This document shows positions 25,449 to 38,692 of a stretch of DNA of 64,000 nt, in pieces. The position numbers and the translations under genes are program-made. The stretch is from Escherichia coli (GTDB lineage Bacteria; Pseudomonadota; Gammaproteobacteria; Enterobacterales; Enterobacteriaceae), in NCBI RefSeq assembly GCF_016903815.1, contig NZ_CP069973.1; one strand, 5' to 3'. The notes beneath the pieces were generated by a model. It did not search any database. It saw nothing but the letters and a program-made list of their open reading frames with translations, and was not told the origin of the DNA. Positions within the stretch are counted from its first letter, which is position 1. Each line of letters begins with the position of its first letter.

Positions 25449-26609
25449 ATGACGCGTAAACAGGCCACCATCGCAGTGCGTAGCGGGTTAAATGACGACG
25501 AACAGTATGGTTGCGTTGTCCCACCGATCCATCTTTCCAGCACCTATAACTTTACCGGATTTAATGAACCGCGCGCGCATGATTACTCGCGTCGTGGCAA
25601 CCCAACGCGCGATGTGGTTCAGCGTGCGCTGGCAGAACTGGAAGGCGGTGCCGGTGCCGTACTTACTAATACCGGCATGTCCGCGATTCACCTGGTAACG
25701 ACCGTCTTTTTGAAACCGGGCGATCTGCTGGTTGCGCCGCACGACTGCTATGGCGGCAGCTATCGCCTGTTCGACAGCCTGGCTAAACGTGGTTGCTATC
25801 GCGTGTTGTTTGTTGATCAAGGCGATGAACAGGCATTACGGGCAGCGCTGGCAGAAAAACCCAAACTGGTACTGGTAGAAAGCCCAAGTAATCCATTGTT
25901 ACGCGTCGTGGATATTGCGAAAATCTGCCATCTGGCAAGGGAAGTCGGGGCGGTGAGCGTGGTGGATAACACCTTCTTAAGCCCGGCATTACAAAATCCG
26001 CTGGCATTAGGTGCCGATCTGGTGTTGCATTCATGTACGAAATATCTGAACGGTCACTCAGACGTGGTGGCCGGCGTGGTGATTGCTAAAGACCCGGACG
26101 TTGTCACTGAACTTGCCTGGTGGGCAAACAATATTGGCGTGACGGGCGGCGCGTTTGACAGCTATCTGCTGCTACGCGGGTTGCGAACACTGGTGCCGCG
26201 TATGGAGCTGGCGCAGCGCAACGCGCAGGCGATTGTGAAATATCTGCAAACCCAGCCGTTGGTGAAAAAACTGTATCACCCGTCGCTGCCAGAAAATCAG
26301 GGGCATGAAATTGCCGCGCGCCAGCAAAAAGGCTTTGGCGCAATGTTGAGTTTTGAACTGGATGGCGATGAGCAGACGCTGCGTCGTTTCCTGGGCGGGC
26401 TGTCGTTGTTTACGCTGGCGGAATCATTAGGGGGAGTGGAAAGTTTAATCTCTCACGCCGCAACCATGACACATGCAGGCATGGCACCAGAAGCGCGTGC
26501 TGCCGCCGGGATCTCCGAGACGCTGCTGCGTATCTCCACCGGTATTGAAGATGGCGAAGATTTAATTGCTGACCTGGAAAATGGCTTCCGGGCTGCAAAC
26601 AAGGGGTAA
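25449..26609 (+). CDS. metB: cystathionine gamma-synthase
   Basis: 386-aa product starting MTRKQATIAVRSGLNDDEQYGCVVPPIHLSSTYNF inside the listed ORF 25272..26609; recognised as MetB. Confidence 0.96.
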   Translation: MTRKQATIAVRSGLNDDEQYGCVVPPIHLSSTYNFTGFNEPRAHDYSRRGNPTRDVVQRALAELEGGAGAVLTNTGMSAIHLVTTVFLKPGDLLVAPHDCYGGSYRLFDSLAKRGCYRVLFVDQGDEQALRAALAEKPKLVLVESPSNPLLRVVDIAKICHLAREVGAVSVVDNTFLSPALQNPLALGADLVLHSCTKYLNGHSDVVAGVVIAKDPDVVTELAWWANNIGVTGGAFDSYLLLRGLRTLVPRMELAQRNAQAIVKYLQTQPLVKKLYHPSLPENQGHEIAARQQKGFGAMLSFELDGDEQTLRRFLGGLSLFTLAESLGGVESLISHAATMTHAGMAPEARAAAGISETLLRISTGIEDGEDLIADLENGFRAANKG

Positions 26610-26611
26610 AA

Positions 26612-29044
26612 ATGAGTGTGATTGCGCAGGCAGGGGCGAAAGGTCGTCAACTGCATAAATTTGGTGGCAGTAGTCTGGCTGATGTGAAGTGTTATTTGCG
26701 TGTCGCGGGCATTATGGCGGAGTACTCTCAGCCTGACGATATGATGGTGGTTTCCGCCGCCGGTAGCACCACTAACCAGTTGATTAACTGGTTGAAACTA
26801 AGTCAGACCGATCGTCTCTCTGCGCATCAGGTTCAACAAACGCTGCGTCGCTATCAGTGCGATCTGATTAGCGGCCTGCTACCCGCCGAAGAAGCCGATA
26901 GCCTCATTAGTGCCTTTATCAGCGATCTTGAGCGCCTGGCGGCGCTGCTCGACAGCGGTATTAACGACGCGGTGTATGCGGAAGTGGTGGGCCACGGCGA
27001 AGTGTGGTCGGCGCGCCTGATGTCTGCGGTACTTAATCAACAAGGGCTGCCAGCGGCCTGGCTTGATGCTCGCGAGTTTTTACGCGCTGAACGCGCTGCG
27101 CAACCGCAGGTTGATGAAGGGCTTTCTTACCCGTTGCTGCAACAGCTACTGGTACAACATCCAGGCAAACGTCTGGTGGTGACCGGGTTTATCAGCCGTA
27201 ACAACGCCGGTGAAACGGTGCTGCTGGGGCGTAACGGTTCCGACTATTCCGCGACACAAATCGGTGCGCTGGCGGGAGTTTCCCGCGTAACCATCTGGAG
27301 CGACGTCGCCGGGGTATACAGCGCCGACCCGCGTAAAGTGAAAGATGCCTGCCTGCTGCCGTTGCTGCGTCTGGATGAGGCCAGCGAACTGGCGCGTCTG
27401 GCGGCTCCCGTTCTTCACGCCCGTACTTTACAGCCAGTTTCTGGCAGCGAAATCGACCTGCAACTGCGCTGTAGCTACACGCCGGATCAAGGTTCCACGC
27501 GCATTGAACGCGTGCTGGCCTCCGGTACTGGTGCGCGTATTGTCACCAGCCATGATGATGTCTGCTTGATTGAGTTTCAGGTGCCCGCCAGCCAGGATTT
27601 CAAACTGGCGCATAAAGAGATCGACCAGATCCTGAAACGTGCTCAGGTGCGCCCACTGGCGGTTGGCGTGCATAACGATCGCCAGTTGCTGCAATTTTGC
27701 TACACCTCAGAAGTGGCCGACAGTGCGCTGAAAATCCTCGACGAAGAGGGATTACCTGGCGAACTGCGCCTGCGTCAGGGGCTGGCGCTGGTGGCGATGG
27801 TTGGGGCGGGTGTCACCCGTAACCCGCTGCATTGCCACCGCTTCTGGCAGCAACTGAAAGGCCAGCCGGTCGAATTTACCTGGCAGTCCGATGACGGCAT
27901 CAGCCTGGTGGCAGTACTGCGCACCGGACCAACCGAAAGCCTGATTCAGGGGCTGCATCAGTCCGTCTTCCGCGCAGAAAAACGCATCGGCCTGGTATTG
28001 TTCGGCAAGGGCAATATCGGTTCCCGCTGGCTGGAACTGTTCGCCCGTGAGCAGAGCACGCTTTCGGCGCGTACCGGCTTTGAATTTGTGCTGGCAGGCG
28101 TGGTGGACAGCCGCCGCAGCCTGTTGAGCTATGACGGGCTGGACGCCAGCCGCGCGTTAGCCTTCTTCAACGATGAAGCGGTCGAGCAGGATGAAGAGTC
28201 GCTGTTCCTGTGGATGCGCGCCCATCCGTATGATGATTTAGTGGTGTTGGACGTTACCGCCAGCCAGCAGCTTGCTGATCAGTATCTCGATTTTGCCAGC
28301 CACGGTTTCCACGTCATCAGCGCCAACAAACTGGCGGGAGCGAGCGACAGCAATAAATATCGCCAGATCCACGACGCCTTCGAAAAAACCGGGCGTCACT
28401 GGCTGTACAACGCCACCGTCGGTGCGGGCTTGCCGATCAACCATACCGTGCGCGATCTGATCGACAGCGGCGATACTATTTTGTCGATCAGTGGGATCTT
28501 CTCCGGCACGCTCTCCTGGCTGTTCCTGCAATTCGACGGTAGCGTGCCGTTTACCGAGCTGGTGGATCAGGCGTGGCAGCAGGGCTTAACCGAGCCTGAT
28601 CCGCGTGATGACCTTTCCGGCAAAGACGTGATGCGCAAGCTGGTGATTCTGGCGCGTGAAGCGGGTTACGACATCGAACCAGATCAGGTGCGCGTGGAAT
28701 CGCTGGTGCCTGCCCATTGCGAAGGCGGTAGCATCGACCATTTCTTTGAAAACGGCGATGAACTTAACGAGCAGATGGTGCAACGACTGGAAGCGGCCCG
28801 CGAAATGGGGCTGGTGCTGCGCTATGTGGCGCGTTTCGATGCCAATGGCAAAGCGCGTGTGGGCGTGGAAGCGGTGCGTGAAGACCATCCGCTGGCATCA
28901 CTGCTGCCGTGCGATAACGTCTTTGCCATCGAAAGCCGCTGGTATCGCGATAACCCTCTGGTGATCCGTGGGCCTGGCGCGGGGCGCGACGTCACCGCAG
29001 GGGCGATTCAGTCGGATATTAACCGCCTGGCGCAGTTGTTGTAA
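26612..29044 (+). CDS. metL: bifunctional aspartokinase II / homoserine dehydrogenase II
   Basis: 810-aa ORF starting 2 nt after the metB stop; recognised as MetL. Confidence 0.96.
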   Translation: MSVIAQAGAKGRQLHKFGGSSLADVKCYLRVAGIMAEYSQPDDMMVVSAAGSTTNQLINWLKLSQTDRLSAHQVQQTLRRYQCDLISGLLPAEEADSLISAFISDLERLAALLDSGINDAVYAEVVGHGEVWSARLMSAVLNQQGLPAAWLDAREFLRAERAAQPQVDEGLSYPLLQQLLVQHPGKRLVVTGFISRNNAGETVLLGRNGSDYSATQIGALAGVSRVTIWSDVAGVYSADPRKVKDACLLPLLRLDEASELARLAAPVLHARTLQPVSGSEIDLQLRCSYTPDQGSTRIERVLASGTGARIVTSHDDVCLIEFQVPASQDFKLAHKEIDQILKRAQVRPLAVGVHNDRQLLQFCYTSEVADSALKILDEEGLPGELRLRQGLALVAMVGAGVTRNPLHCHRFWQQLKGQPVEFTWQSDDGISLVAVLRTGPTESLIQGLHQSVFRAEKRIGLVLFGKGNIGSRWLELFAREQSTLSARTGFEFVLAGVVDSRRSLLSYDGLDASRALAFFNDEAVEQDEESLFLWMRAHPYDDLVVLDVTASQQLADQYLDFASHGFHVISANKLAGASDSNKYRQIHDAFEKTGRHWLYNATVGAGLPINHTVRDLIDSGDTILSISGIFSGTLSWLFLQFDGSVPFTELVDQAWQQGLTEPDPRDDLSGKDVMRKLVILAREAGYDIEPDQVRVESLVPAHCEGGSIDHFFENGDELNEQMVQRLEAAREMGLVLRYVARFDANGKARVGVEAVREDHPLASLLPCDNVFAIESRWYRDNPLVIRGPGAGRDVTAGAIQSDINRLAQLL

Positions 29045-30138
29045 TCCTGAGCCAGAGAAAGCAGTATTTGCGTAACGCGCCCTGCGGAAAGCGGGGCGCT
29101 GTGAGTAAATACTGCTTGTTTATGTAGCCAGTCGATAAAATGTCTGCTGGTTGCTAAAGAGAGCATTTCTGCTTTGCTGTTATTTCCGCCCGTTAATGCA
29201 CATACCATTTTACGATTTTTGCCCTGAACCCAGAGTTGCCACTGATTTTTCCACCAGCCGTGATAAGTTGTTCCCTGAAAACGCCAGGGCATATTATCGG
29301 TATCGTCAGCTATTTCCTCTTCAATAAACCAAATCTCACCTTGCTGTTGGCGAAACAGATCAGCCCATGCCGTAATAATGGCACCTCTTAAAAAACACTC
29401 GTGTGAAATTACATGTGTTTTTACTGTAGGGAATAAAATATTCAGTACTCTGAAATGCCCGTGTGCAGTGATAACCGGACGCAGAATAACACCTTTAGCA
29501 TTGCGTTTGAGCGCTGCGCTGCCATATTGAATCTCATCAAACTGACTGCGGCGTAGAAATTGTGCTTCGCGCATATCAACGCGTTGTACAATATTACTCT
29601 CGTGTAACTCTGGTTCTGCATTCCCTCTGTATCGATAATGCAGACTTTCTCCAGCCTGATGCTGCGTGTAATTAGTAGAAAGATGAAGAATATTACCGCG
29701 AAGAGCATCAAAACTGATTAAAACATACAGTTTCTGCCCGCCGCTGGCTCCCTGAAATGGCACCAGAAGAGCAACCGTTTCGATTATTTCAGGAGGCGTT
29801 ATTTCTTTCTGATATTGTTTAGGTGTCCAGACTTTTTTGCAGTTACGACATTGAATGCGTTGCGACCCCTGTGGATTGTGGCCATAACAAATCGTCTTTG
29901 TGCCATAACATACCGGGCAGAAATGACCTTTCTCAGTTGCAAAAGTAGATAAGTGAACTGACAACCAGTCACGAAATTGCTGTTCGTCAAACAACGGCGG
30001 GTAACTTCCACATGCCCGACAGTGCAGTGCCGGATAACCCAGTCGATAGTCTGGCCAGCTGTAATCTGTCGATGTTGGTTGCCCTAAATTACGACAACCA
30101 AACGACTTGCAGGCATTAATCGTAAACAGAGTCGACAT
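29008..30138 (-). CDS. hypothetical protein with Cys-rich (putative zinc-ribbon) N-terminal region; not present at this locus in K-12 as I recall
   Basis: 376-aa ORF. N-terminal 110 aa contain four Cys pairs (C-x4-C, HC-x2-C, C-x2-C, C-x2-C). No family recognised. Region is more AT-rich than the flanking genes. The 3' end overlaps the metL 3' end by 37 nt. Confidence 0.55.
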   Translation of the reverse strand: MSTLFTINACKSFGCRNLGQPTSTDYSWPDYRLGYPALHCRACGSYPPLFDEQQFRDWLSVHLSTFATEKGHFCPVCYGTKTICYGHNPQGSQRIQCRNCKKVWTPKQYQKEITPPEIIETVALLVPFQGASGGQKLYVLISFDALRGNILHLSTNYTQHQAGESLHYRYRGNAEPELHESNIVQRVDMREAQFLRRSQFDEIQYGSAALKRNAKGVILRPVITAHGHFRVLNILFPTVKTHVISHECFLRGAIITAWADLFRQQQGEIWFIEEEIADDTDNMPWRFQGTTYHGWWKNQWQLWVQGKNRKMVCALTGGNNSKAEMLSLATSRHFIDWLHKQAVFTHSAPLSAGRVTQILLSLAQDYNNCARRLISD

Positions 30139-30270
30139 ATATCACCAACGATTTCACAAGGTCGTTGATTTTGTCCGGCAACTATCCCCTGCGGATGTGA
30201 TTACTCTCACATAAATAACTCTTTCAGAACGTAATGTAGCAATCCTTTAAATCACTGAAAGGGACTATTT

Positions 30271-31824
30271 ATGAAAATTAAAATACTTGCTGCGGGTATC
30301 GCATTAACATTGCCGTTCTGGGCTTGCGCCAAAGATGTCACCATCATTTATACCAACGACCTCCATGCGCATGTCGAGCCTTATAAAGTGCCGTGGATCG
30401 CTGATGGTAAACGGGATATTGGCGGCTGGGCAAATATCACTACGCTGGTTAAGCAAGAAAAAGCAAAAAATAAAGCGACATGGTTTTTTGATGCGGGTGA
30501 TTATTTTACCGGGCCATATATCAGCAGCCTGACCAAAGGTAAGGCTATTATCGATATTATGAATACTATGCCGTTTGATGCCGTCACGATAGGCAACCAT
30601 GAATTTGACCACGGCTGGGACAACACATTATTACAGTTGAGTCAGGCAAAATTCCCTATTGTGCAGGGCAATGTTTTTTATCAGAACAGCAGTAAATCAT
30701 TCTGGGATAAGCCATATACCATCATCGAAAAAGACGGTGTGAAAATAGGCGTTATAGGTTTGCACGGTGTATTTGCCTTTAATGACACGGTATCTGCGGC
30801 AACGCGAGTGGGGATTGAAGCGCGTGATGAAATTAAATGGCTACAACGTTATATCGATGAACTTAAAGGCAAGGTTGATTTGACCGTCGCCCTGATCCAT
30901 GAAGGTGTTCCGGCCCGCCAGTCCAGTATGGGAGGCACAGATGTGCGTCGCGCGCTGGATAAAGATATTCAGACGGCAAGTCAGGTGAAAGGGCTGGATA
31001 TTTTGATCACCGGACATGCGCATGTGGGTACGCCGGAACCGATTAAAGTCGGCAATACGCTCATCCTCTCCACTGACAGCGGCGGGATTGATGTGGGCAA
31101 ACTGGTTCTCGACTACAAAGAGAAGCCGCATGATTTTACGGTGAAAAACTTCGAGCTTAAAACCATTTACGCCGACGAGTGGAAGCCCGATCCGCAAACA
31201 AAACAGGTGATCGACGGCTGGAATAAAAAGCTTGATGAAGTGGTGCAACAAACGGTCGCGAAATCGCCGGTTGAATTAAAACGTGCCTATGGTGAATCGG
31301 CTTCCCTCGGGAACCTGGCGGCTGATGCTTTACTGGTAGCGGCGGGTAAAAACACCCAATTGGCGTTAACCAACTCTGGCGGCATTCGCAATGAGATCCC
31401 CGCAGGGGCGATTACGATGGGCGGCGTCATCAGTACCTTCCCGTTTCCCAACGAACTGGTGACGATGGATCTCACGGGTAAACAATTACGCAGTTTGATG
31501 GAACACGGCGCAAGTTTAAGTAATGGCGTTTTACAGGTATCGAAAGGCCTGGAAATGAAGTACGACAGCAGTAAGCCGGTTGGTCAGCGGGTAATCACGC
31601 TGACTCTGAATGGCAAACCGATTGAAGATGCGACGATTTACCACATTGCTACTCAGAGTTTCCTTGCTGATGGTGGAGATGGTTTTACCGCCTTTACCGA
31701 AGGGAAAGCGCGTAACACAACGGGCGGTTATTACGTTTATCACGCCGTGGTTGATTACTTCAAAGCGGGTAACACCATCACGGATGAACAGATCAACGGT
31801 ATGCGCGTGAAAGATATCAAGTAA
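30271..31824 (+). CDS. secreted 5'-nucleotidase / UDP-sugar hydrolase family metallophosphoesterase (UshA-like)
   Basis: 517-aa ORF with N-terminal signal peptide ([20 protein letters not shown]). Calcineurin-like phosphoesterase motifs ([27 protein letters not shown]) and C-terminal 5'-nucleotidase-type motifs ([19 protein letters not shown]). Divergent from the 376-aa ORF. Confidence 0.8.
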   Translation: MKIKILAAGIALTLPFWACAKDVTIIYTNDLHAHVEPYKVPWIADGKRDIGGWANITTLVKQEKAKNKATWFFDAGDYFTGPYISSLTKGKAIIDIMNTMPFDAVTIGNHEFDHGWDNTLLQLSQAKFPIVQGNVFYQNSSKSFWDKPYTIIEKDGVKIGVIGLHGVFAFNDTVSAATRVGIEARDEIKWLQRYIDELKGKVDLTVALIHEGVPARQSSMGGTDVRRALDKDIQTASQVKGLDILITGHAHVGTPEPIKVGNTLILSTDSGGIDVGKLVLDYKEKPHDFTVKNFELKTIYADEWKPDPQTKQVIDGWNKKLDEVVQQTVAKSPVELKRAYGESASLGNLAADALLVAAGKNTQLALTNSGGIRNEIPAGAITMGGVISTFPFPNELVTMDLTGKQLRSLMEHGASLSNGVLQVSKGLEMKYDSSKPVGQRVITLTLNGKPIEDATIYHIATQSFLADGGDGFTAFTEGKARNTTGGYYVYHAVVDYFKAGNTITDEQINGMRVKDIK

Positions 31825-32132
31825 AAGTACGTATTGAGTTGATTCATCTGTTTGTTACCAGTTGATTTTGCAGATCCAGTATTCGGCCTACGCGAGGGCG
31901 CAGGCCGAATCAGATGCCTTAGCATCACCATCCGGTGGCAGGACGTTGTTTTTCGAATAAGCCCAGGTGTCGCTGTGTTGTCAGAATATCAGTCAAAACG
32001 TGCGAGGTGGATTGCGCTATAGAGAAATCTTTTATCGCCTCTAATTAAGATGAGTTTTTTTCAACTTCCCTGATTTTTCCTCACCATCATTGGTCATTTT
32101 TCGGTTGACGCCCTTTAGCTTTTCCTTCATCT

Positions 32133-32172
32133 TTACATCTGGACGTCTAAACGGATAGATGTGCACAACACA
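32133..32172. promoter_or_regulatory. met boxes (MetJ operator) upstream of metF
   Basis: Tandem 8-bp units ttacatct / ggacgtct / aaacggat / agatgtgc matching the AGACGTCT consensus, 35-70 bp upstream of the metF ATG. Confidence 0.65.
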
Positions 32173-32202
32173 ACATATAACTACAAGCGATTGATGAGGT
32201 AA

Positions 32203-33096
<894 letters not shown>

Positions 33097-33370
33097 ATAG
33101 TGTGGCTTTTGTGAAAATCACACAGTGATCACAAATTTTAAACAGAGCACAAAATGCTGCCTCGAAATGAGGGCGGGAAAATAAGGGTGTCAGCCTTGTT
33201 TTCTCCCTCATTACTTGAAGGATATAAAGCTAAAACCCTTTTTTATAAAGCATTTGTCCGAATTCGGACATAATCAAAAAAGCTTAATTACGATCAATTT
33301 GATCTACATCTCTTTAACCAACAATATGTAAGATCTCAACTATCGCATCCGTGGATTAATTCAATTATAA

Positions 33371-35605
<2,235 letters not shown>

Positions 35606-35698
35606 TCTGACCTTCTTCAGCGACTGTCTTTCAGGCAGTCGCTGAAGTTTCTTTACCGGCGTATAGTGTCCACAGGAAAACTACACACTGGATCTCTC

Positions 35699-36604
35699 AT
35701 GTCTGCCGCAGGAAAGAGCAACCCACTGGCAATCAGTGGCCTGGTTGTGCTCACACTTATCTGGAGTTATAGCTGGATTTTCATGAAGCAAGTCACCAGC
35801 TACATCGGTGCCTTCGACTTCACCGCCTTACGCTGCATTTTCGGCGCTCTCGTTTTATTCATCGTCCTTTTATTACGTGGTCGCGGAATGCGCCCGACGC
35901 CGTTTAAATACACCTTAGCCATTGCCCTGTTACAAACCTGCGGGATGGTTGGCCTGGCGCAGTGGGCGCTGGTCAGTGGAGGAGCGGGGAAGGTGGCGAT
36001 CCTGAGCTATACCATGCCGTTCTGGGTGGTGATTTTCGCCGCGTTGTTTCTCGGTGAACGCCTGCGACGTGGGCAATATTTCGCGATACTGATTGCCGCT
36101 TTCGGCTTATTTTTGGTGTTGCAGCCGTGGCAACTCGATTTCTCTTCGATGAAAAGTGCCCTGCTGGCAATCCTCTCCGGTGTTAGTTGGGGGGCGAGCG
36201 CGATTGTCGCGAAACGCCTATACGCCCGCCATCCACGCGTGGATTTATTGTCGTTAACATCCTGGCAGATGCTTTATGCGGCGCTGGTGATGAGTGCGGT
36301 CGCTTTACTGGTGCCACAACGTGAAATTGACTGGCAGCCCACCGTGTTCTGGGCTCTGGCCTACAGTGCGATTCTGGCGACGGCGCTGGCGTGGAGCTTA
36401 TGGTTGTTTGTATTGAAAAACTTGCCTGCCAGTATTGCCAGCTTAAGCACACTGGCCGTTCCCGTTTGCGGCGTACTCTTTTCCTGGTGGCTGCTCGGTG
36501 AGAATCCGGGGGCCGTTGAAGGTAGCGGTATTGTGCTGATTGTGCTGGCACTGGCGCTGGTGAGCCGTAAGAAAAAAGAAGCTGTCAGTGTAAAAAACAT
36601 CTGA
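35699..36604 (+). CDS. yijE: EamA/DMT-family inner-membrane transporter YijE
   Basis: 301-aa product starting [26 protein letters not shown] inside the listed ORF 35666..36604; polytopic membrane protein. Confidence 0.9.
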   Translation: MSAAGKSNPLAISGLVVLTLIWSYSWIFMKQVTSYIGAFDFTALRCIFGALVLFIVLLLRGRGMRPTPFKYTLAIALLQTCGMVGLAQWALVSGGAGKVAILSYTMPFWVVIFAALFLGERLRRGQYFAILIAAFGLFLVLQPWQLDFSSMKSALLAILSGVSWGASAIVAKRLYARHPRVDLLSLTSWQMLYAALVMSAVALLVPQREIDWQPTVFWALAYSAILATALAWSLWLFVLKNLPASIASLSTLAVPVCGVLFSWWLLGENPGAVEGSGIVLIVLALALVSRKKKEAVSVKNI

Positions 36605-36630
36605 ATTTTTTCTTCATGTGGGGCGATCGC

Positions 36631-37248
36631 TTATTTAACAAAATACCGATAGTGCCCCACCATCCGCCAGCTAAACAGCACGTCTTCTTCCTGCGCGCCT
36701 GCGCCAATGTTATGTATCACCAGCGGCGTACCGTCGCGGGCAAAGCCATGTGACACCACCCCAATATGCGCCAGCCCGTTATCCAGTCGCCAGGAGACAA
36801 TATCGCCCGCTTGATAGTCACTGGGGTTCTTGCTGGTGGGGCGTGTTTTATCATGGCGGCTAAACCAGGTTTCCAGATTAGGCACCCGACGGTGATCGAT
36901 GTTGCTGTCCGGGCGCTTTAACTGCCATTTTTGCGGGTACTCAGCAAAATTCTTCGCCATATCTTCGTGAACCAGTTTCTGCAAATCGACCTTCTGGCTG
37001 CGCAAGGCGCGGATCACCACATCGGAACATACGCCGCGTTCTTGCGGGACATCACCGCCAGGATAGGTAAGCTGCACATACGCCGGATCGTAAAATAGCG
37101 TGCTGCCGATTTGCTGTCTGGCACCGTCTGCGATGGCAAGGTTGGTGTTGGCCTGGATTTGTACCACGGTTGGTGGAACGGCCGGAGATTTTAAGGAGTT
37201 GCTGGTAAACGCCGTTAGCAGGCTGACCAGCGCCAGTGAAGCTTTCAT
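36631..37248 (-). CDS. yijF: uncharacterised secreted protein YijF (DUF1287)
   Basis: 205-aa ORF with signal peptide MKASLALVSLLTAFTSNSLKSPA; matches YijF by length and context. Confidence 0.88.
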   Translation of the reverse strand: MKASLALVSLLTAFTSNSLKSPAVPPTVVQIQANTNLAIADGARQQIGSTLFYDPAYVQLTYPGGDVPQERGVCSDVVIRALRSQKVDLQKLVHEDMAKNFAEYPQKWQLKRPDSNIDHRRVPNLETWFSRHDKTRPTSKNPSDYQAGDIVSWRLDNGLAHIGVVSHGFARDGTPLVIHNIGAGAQEEDVLFSWRMVGHYRYFVK

Positions 37249-37395
37249 CTGGTTCGTCCGTGAAAATAAGAGTCACAGATTCGACCTTCCGGGCTAACGA
37301 TTGTTCTGTAGAGAAAATGTCCAGAAGCGGATAAAAAATTCCTGAACAACGTGGGAGTTTCAGACGGGTGATAACGTATAAAAAGTGCTCGAACA

Positions 37396-37500
37396 GTCCC
37401 CTCTCCCCTTTGGGGAGAGGGTTAGGGTGAGGGGAACAGGCCAGCTCCGGGGCGAATATTTACCCTCACTCCGACCCTCTCCCTGAAAGGGCGAGGGGGA
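37396..37500. repeat. cluster of GC-rich palindromic units in the yijF-gldA intergenic region
   Basis: Hairpin cctctcccc-ttt-ggggagagg (37399-37419), paired gtgaggg ... ccctcac about 30 nt apart, and ccctctccc ... gggcgaggggg; a separate perfect hairpin caaactcccgg-acaag-ccgggagtttg lies at 37544-37570 just downstream of the gldA stop. Confidence 0.5.
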
Positions 37501-37578
37501 AAAACATGCCCGCAGTGACGAGTGAGCCACTTTGCCTGCACTCTCAAACTCCCGGACAAGCCGGGAGTTTGGAGTAGG

Positions 37579-38682
37579 TTATTCCCACTCTTGCAGGAAA
37601 CGCTGACCGTACTGGTCGGCTACCAGCAGTGCAGCGTAAACCTGATCTGGCGTCGCGCCGCCAGGCATGTTGTGGATGGTTTCACCTTCTGCACATGCCG
37701 CTTCTGCCACAATTCGCATTTTCGCCGGGACATCTTCTTTAATATCCAGTTGAGCGAGAGTTATTGGCAAACCTACCGCATGGCTAAGTGCAGCTACGGT
37801 TTCGATTTCCTCCACCGGCGCATTTTCCAGAACCAGCTGCGTCAGCGTACCAAATGCCACTTTTTCACCGTGATAATAGTGATGTGCATCTGGAATAGCG
37901 GTCAGGCCGTTATGCACTGCGTGCGCCGCAGCCAGACCACCACTTTCAAAGCCTACACCGCTTAAATAGGTGTTCGCTTCAATCACGCGTTCCAGCGCAG
38001 GGGTTACTACATGCTGTTCGGCGGCAAGCATCGCTTTTTCGCCTTCTTCCAGCAGGGTGTTGTAGCACAGTTCAGCCAGTGCCAGCGCCGCCTGGGTGCA
38101 CTTGCCGCCCGCCATGGTGGTCGCGCCGCTACGAGAGCAGGCACGCGCTTCAAACCAGGTTGCCAGCGCATCGCCGATACCCGCCGCTAACAGACGCGCA
38201 GGTGCGCCAGCGACGATTTTGGTGTCGACAATGACCATATTCGGGTTATTTGGCAACATCAGATAGCGGTCAAATTCACCATCATCGGTGTAGATAACAG
38301 ACAATGCGCTGCACGGTGCGTCGGTAGAGGCGATAGTCGGTGCGATCGCTACCGGAACACCCATGAAATGTGCCAGTGCTTTGGCAGTATCGAGAGTTTT
38401 TCCGCCACCGATACCGAGAATTGCGCCACACTGCGCAGTCTCCGAGATGCCACGCAGACGGTCGATCTCATTTTGCGAACATTCACCGCCAAACGGCGCA
38501 ATTTCTACTACCAGTCCAGCATCTTTAAAGCTTTTCTCGACAGTGGATTGAGCAAAACCTAAAACAAATTTGTCACCCACCACTAACCAGCGTTCTGCCA
38601 GCGGCTTCAGGTATTCGCCCAGACGATTAATCACATCAGCGCCCTGGATGTATTTACCCGGTGATTGAATAATGCGGTCCAT
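37579..38682 (-). CDS. gldA: glycerol dehydrogenase
   Basis: 367-aa product starting [28 protein letters not shown] inside the listed ORF 37579..38721; recognised as GldA. Confidence 0.96.
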   Translation of the reverse strand: MDRIIQSPGKYIQGADVINRLGEYLKPLAERWLVVGDKFVLGFAQSTVEKSFKDAGLVVEIAPFGGECSQNEIDRLRGISETAQCGAILGIGGGKTLDTAKALAHFMGVPVAIAPTIASTDAPCSALSVIYTDDGEFDRYLMLPNNPNMVIVDTKIVAGAPARLLAAGIGDALATWFEARACSRSGATTMAGGKCTQAALALAELCYNTLLEEGEKAMLAAEQHVVTPALERVIEANTYLSGVGFESGGLAAAHAVHNGLTAIPDAHHYYHGEKVAFGTLTQLVLENAPVEEIETVAALSHAVGLPITLAQLDIKEDVPAKMRIVAEAACAEGETIHNMPGGATPDQVYAALLVADQYGQRFLQEWE

Positions 38683-38692
38683 AATTGCTCCT

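Noticed and set aside
33109-33135. TGTGA...TCACA-rich palindromic cluster just downstream of metF (possible CRP-type site)
   Set aside because: The half-site spacing does not fit the CRP consensus (TGTGA-N6-TCACA). More likely part of a stem-loop terminating metF; not enough to call a regulator site.
37544-37570. Perfect hairpin caaactcccgg-acaag-ccgggagtttg as the gldA intrinsic terminator
   Set aside because: No U-tract follows the stem on the minus-strand transcript, so it is reported only as part of the palindromic repeat cluster, not as a terminator.
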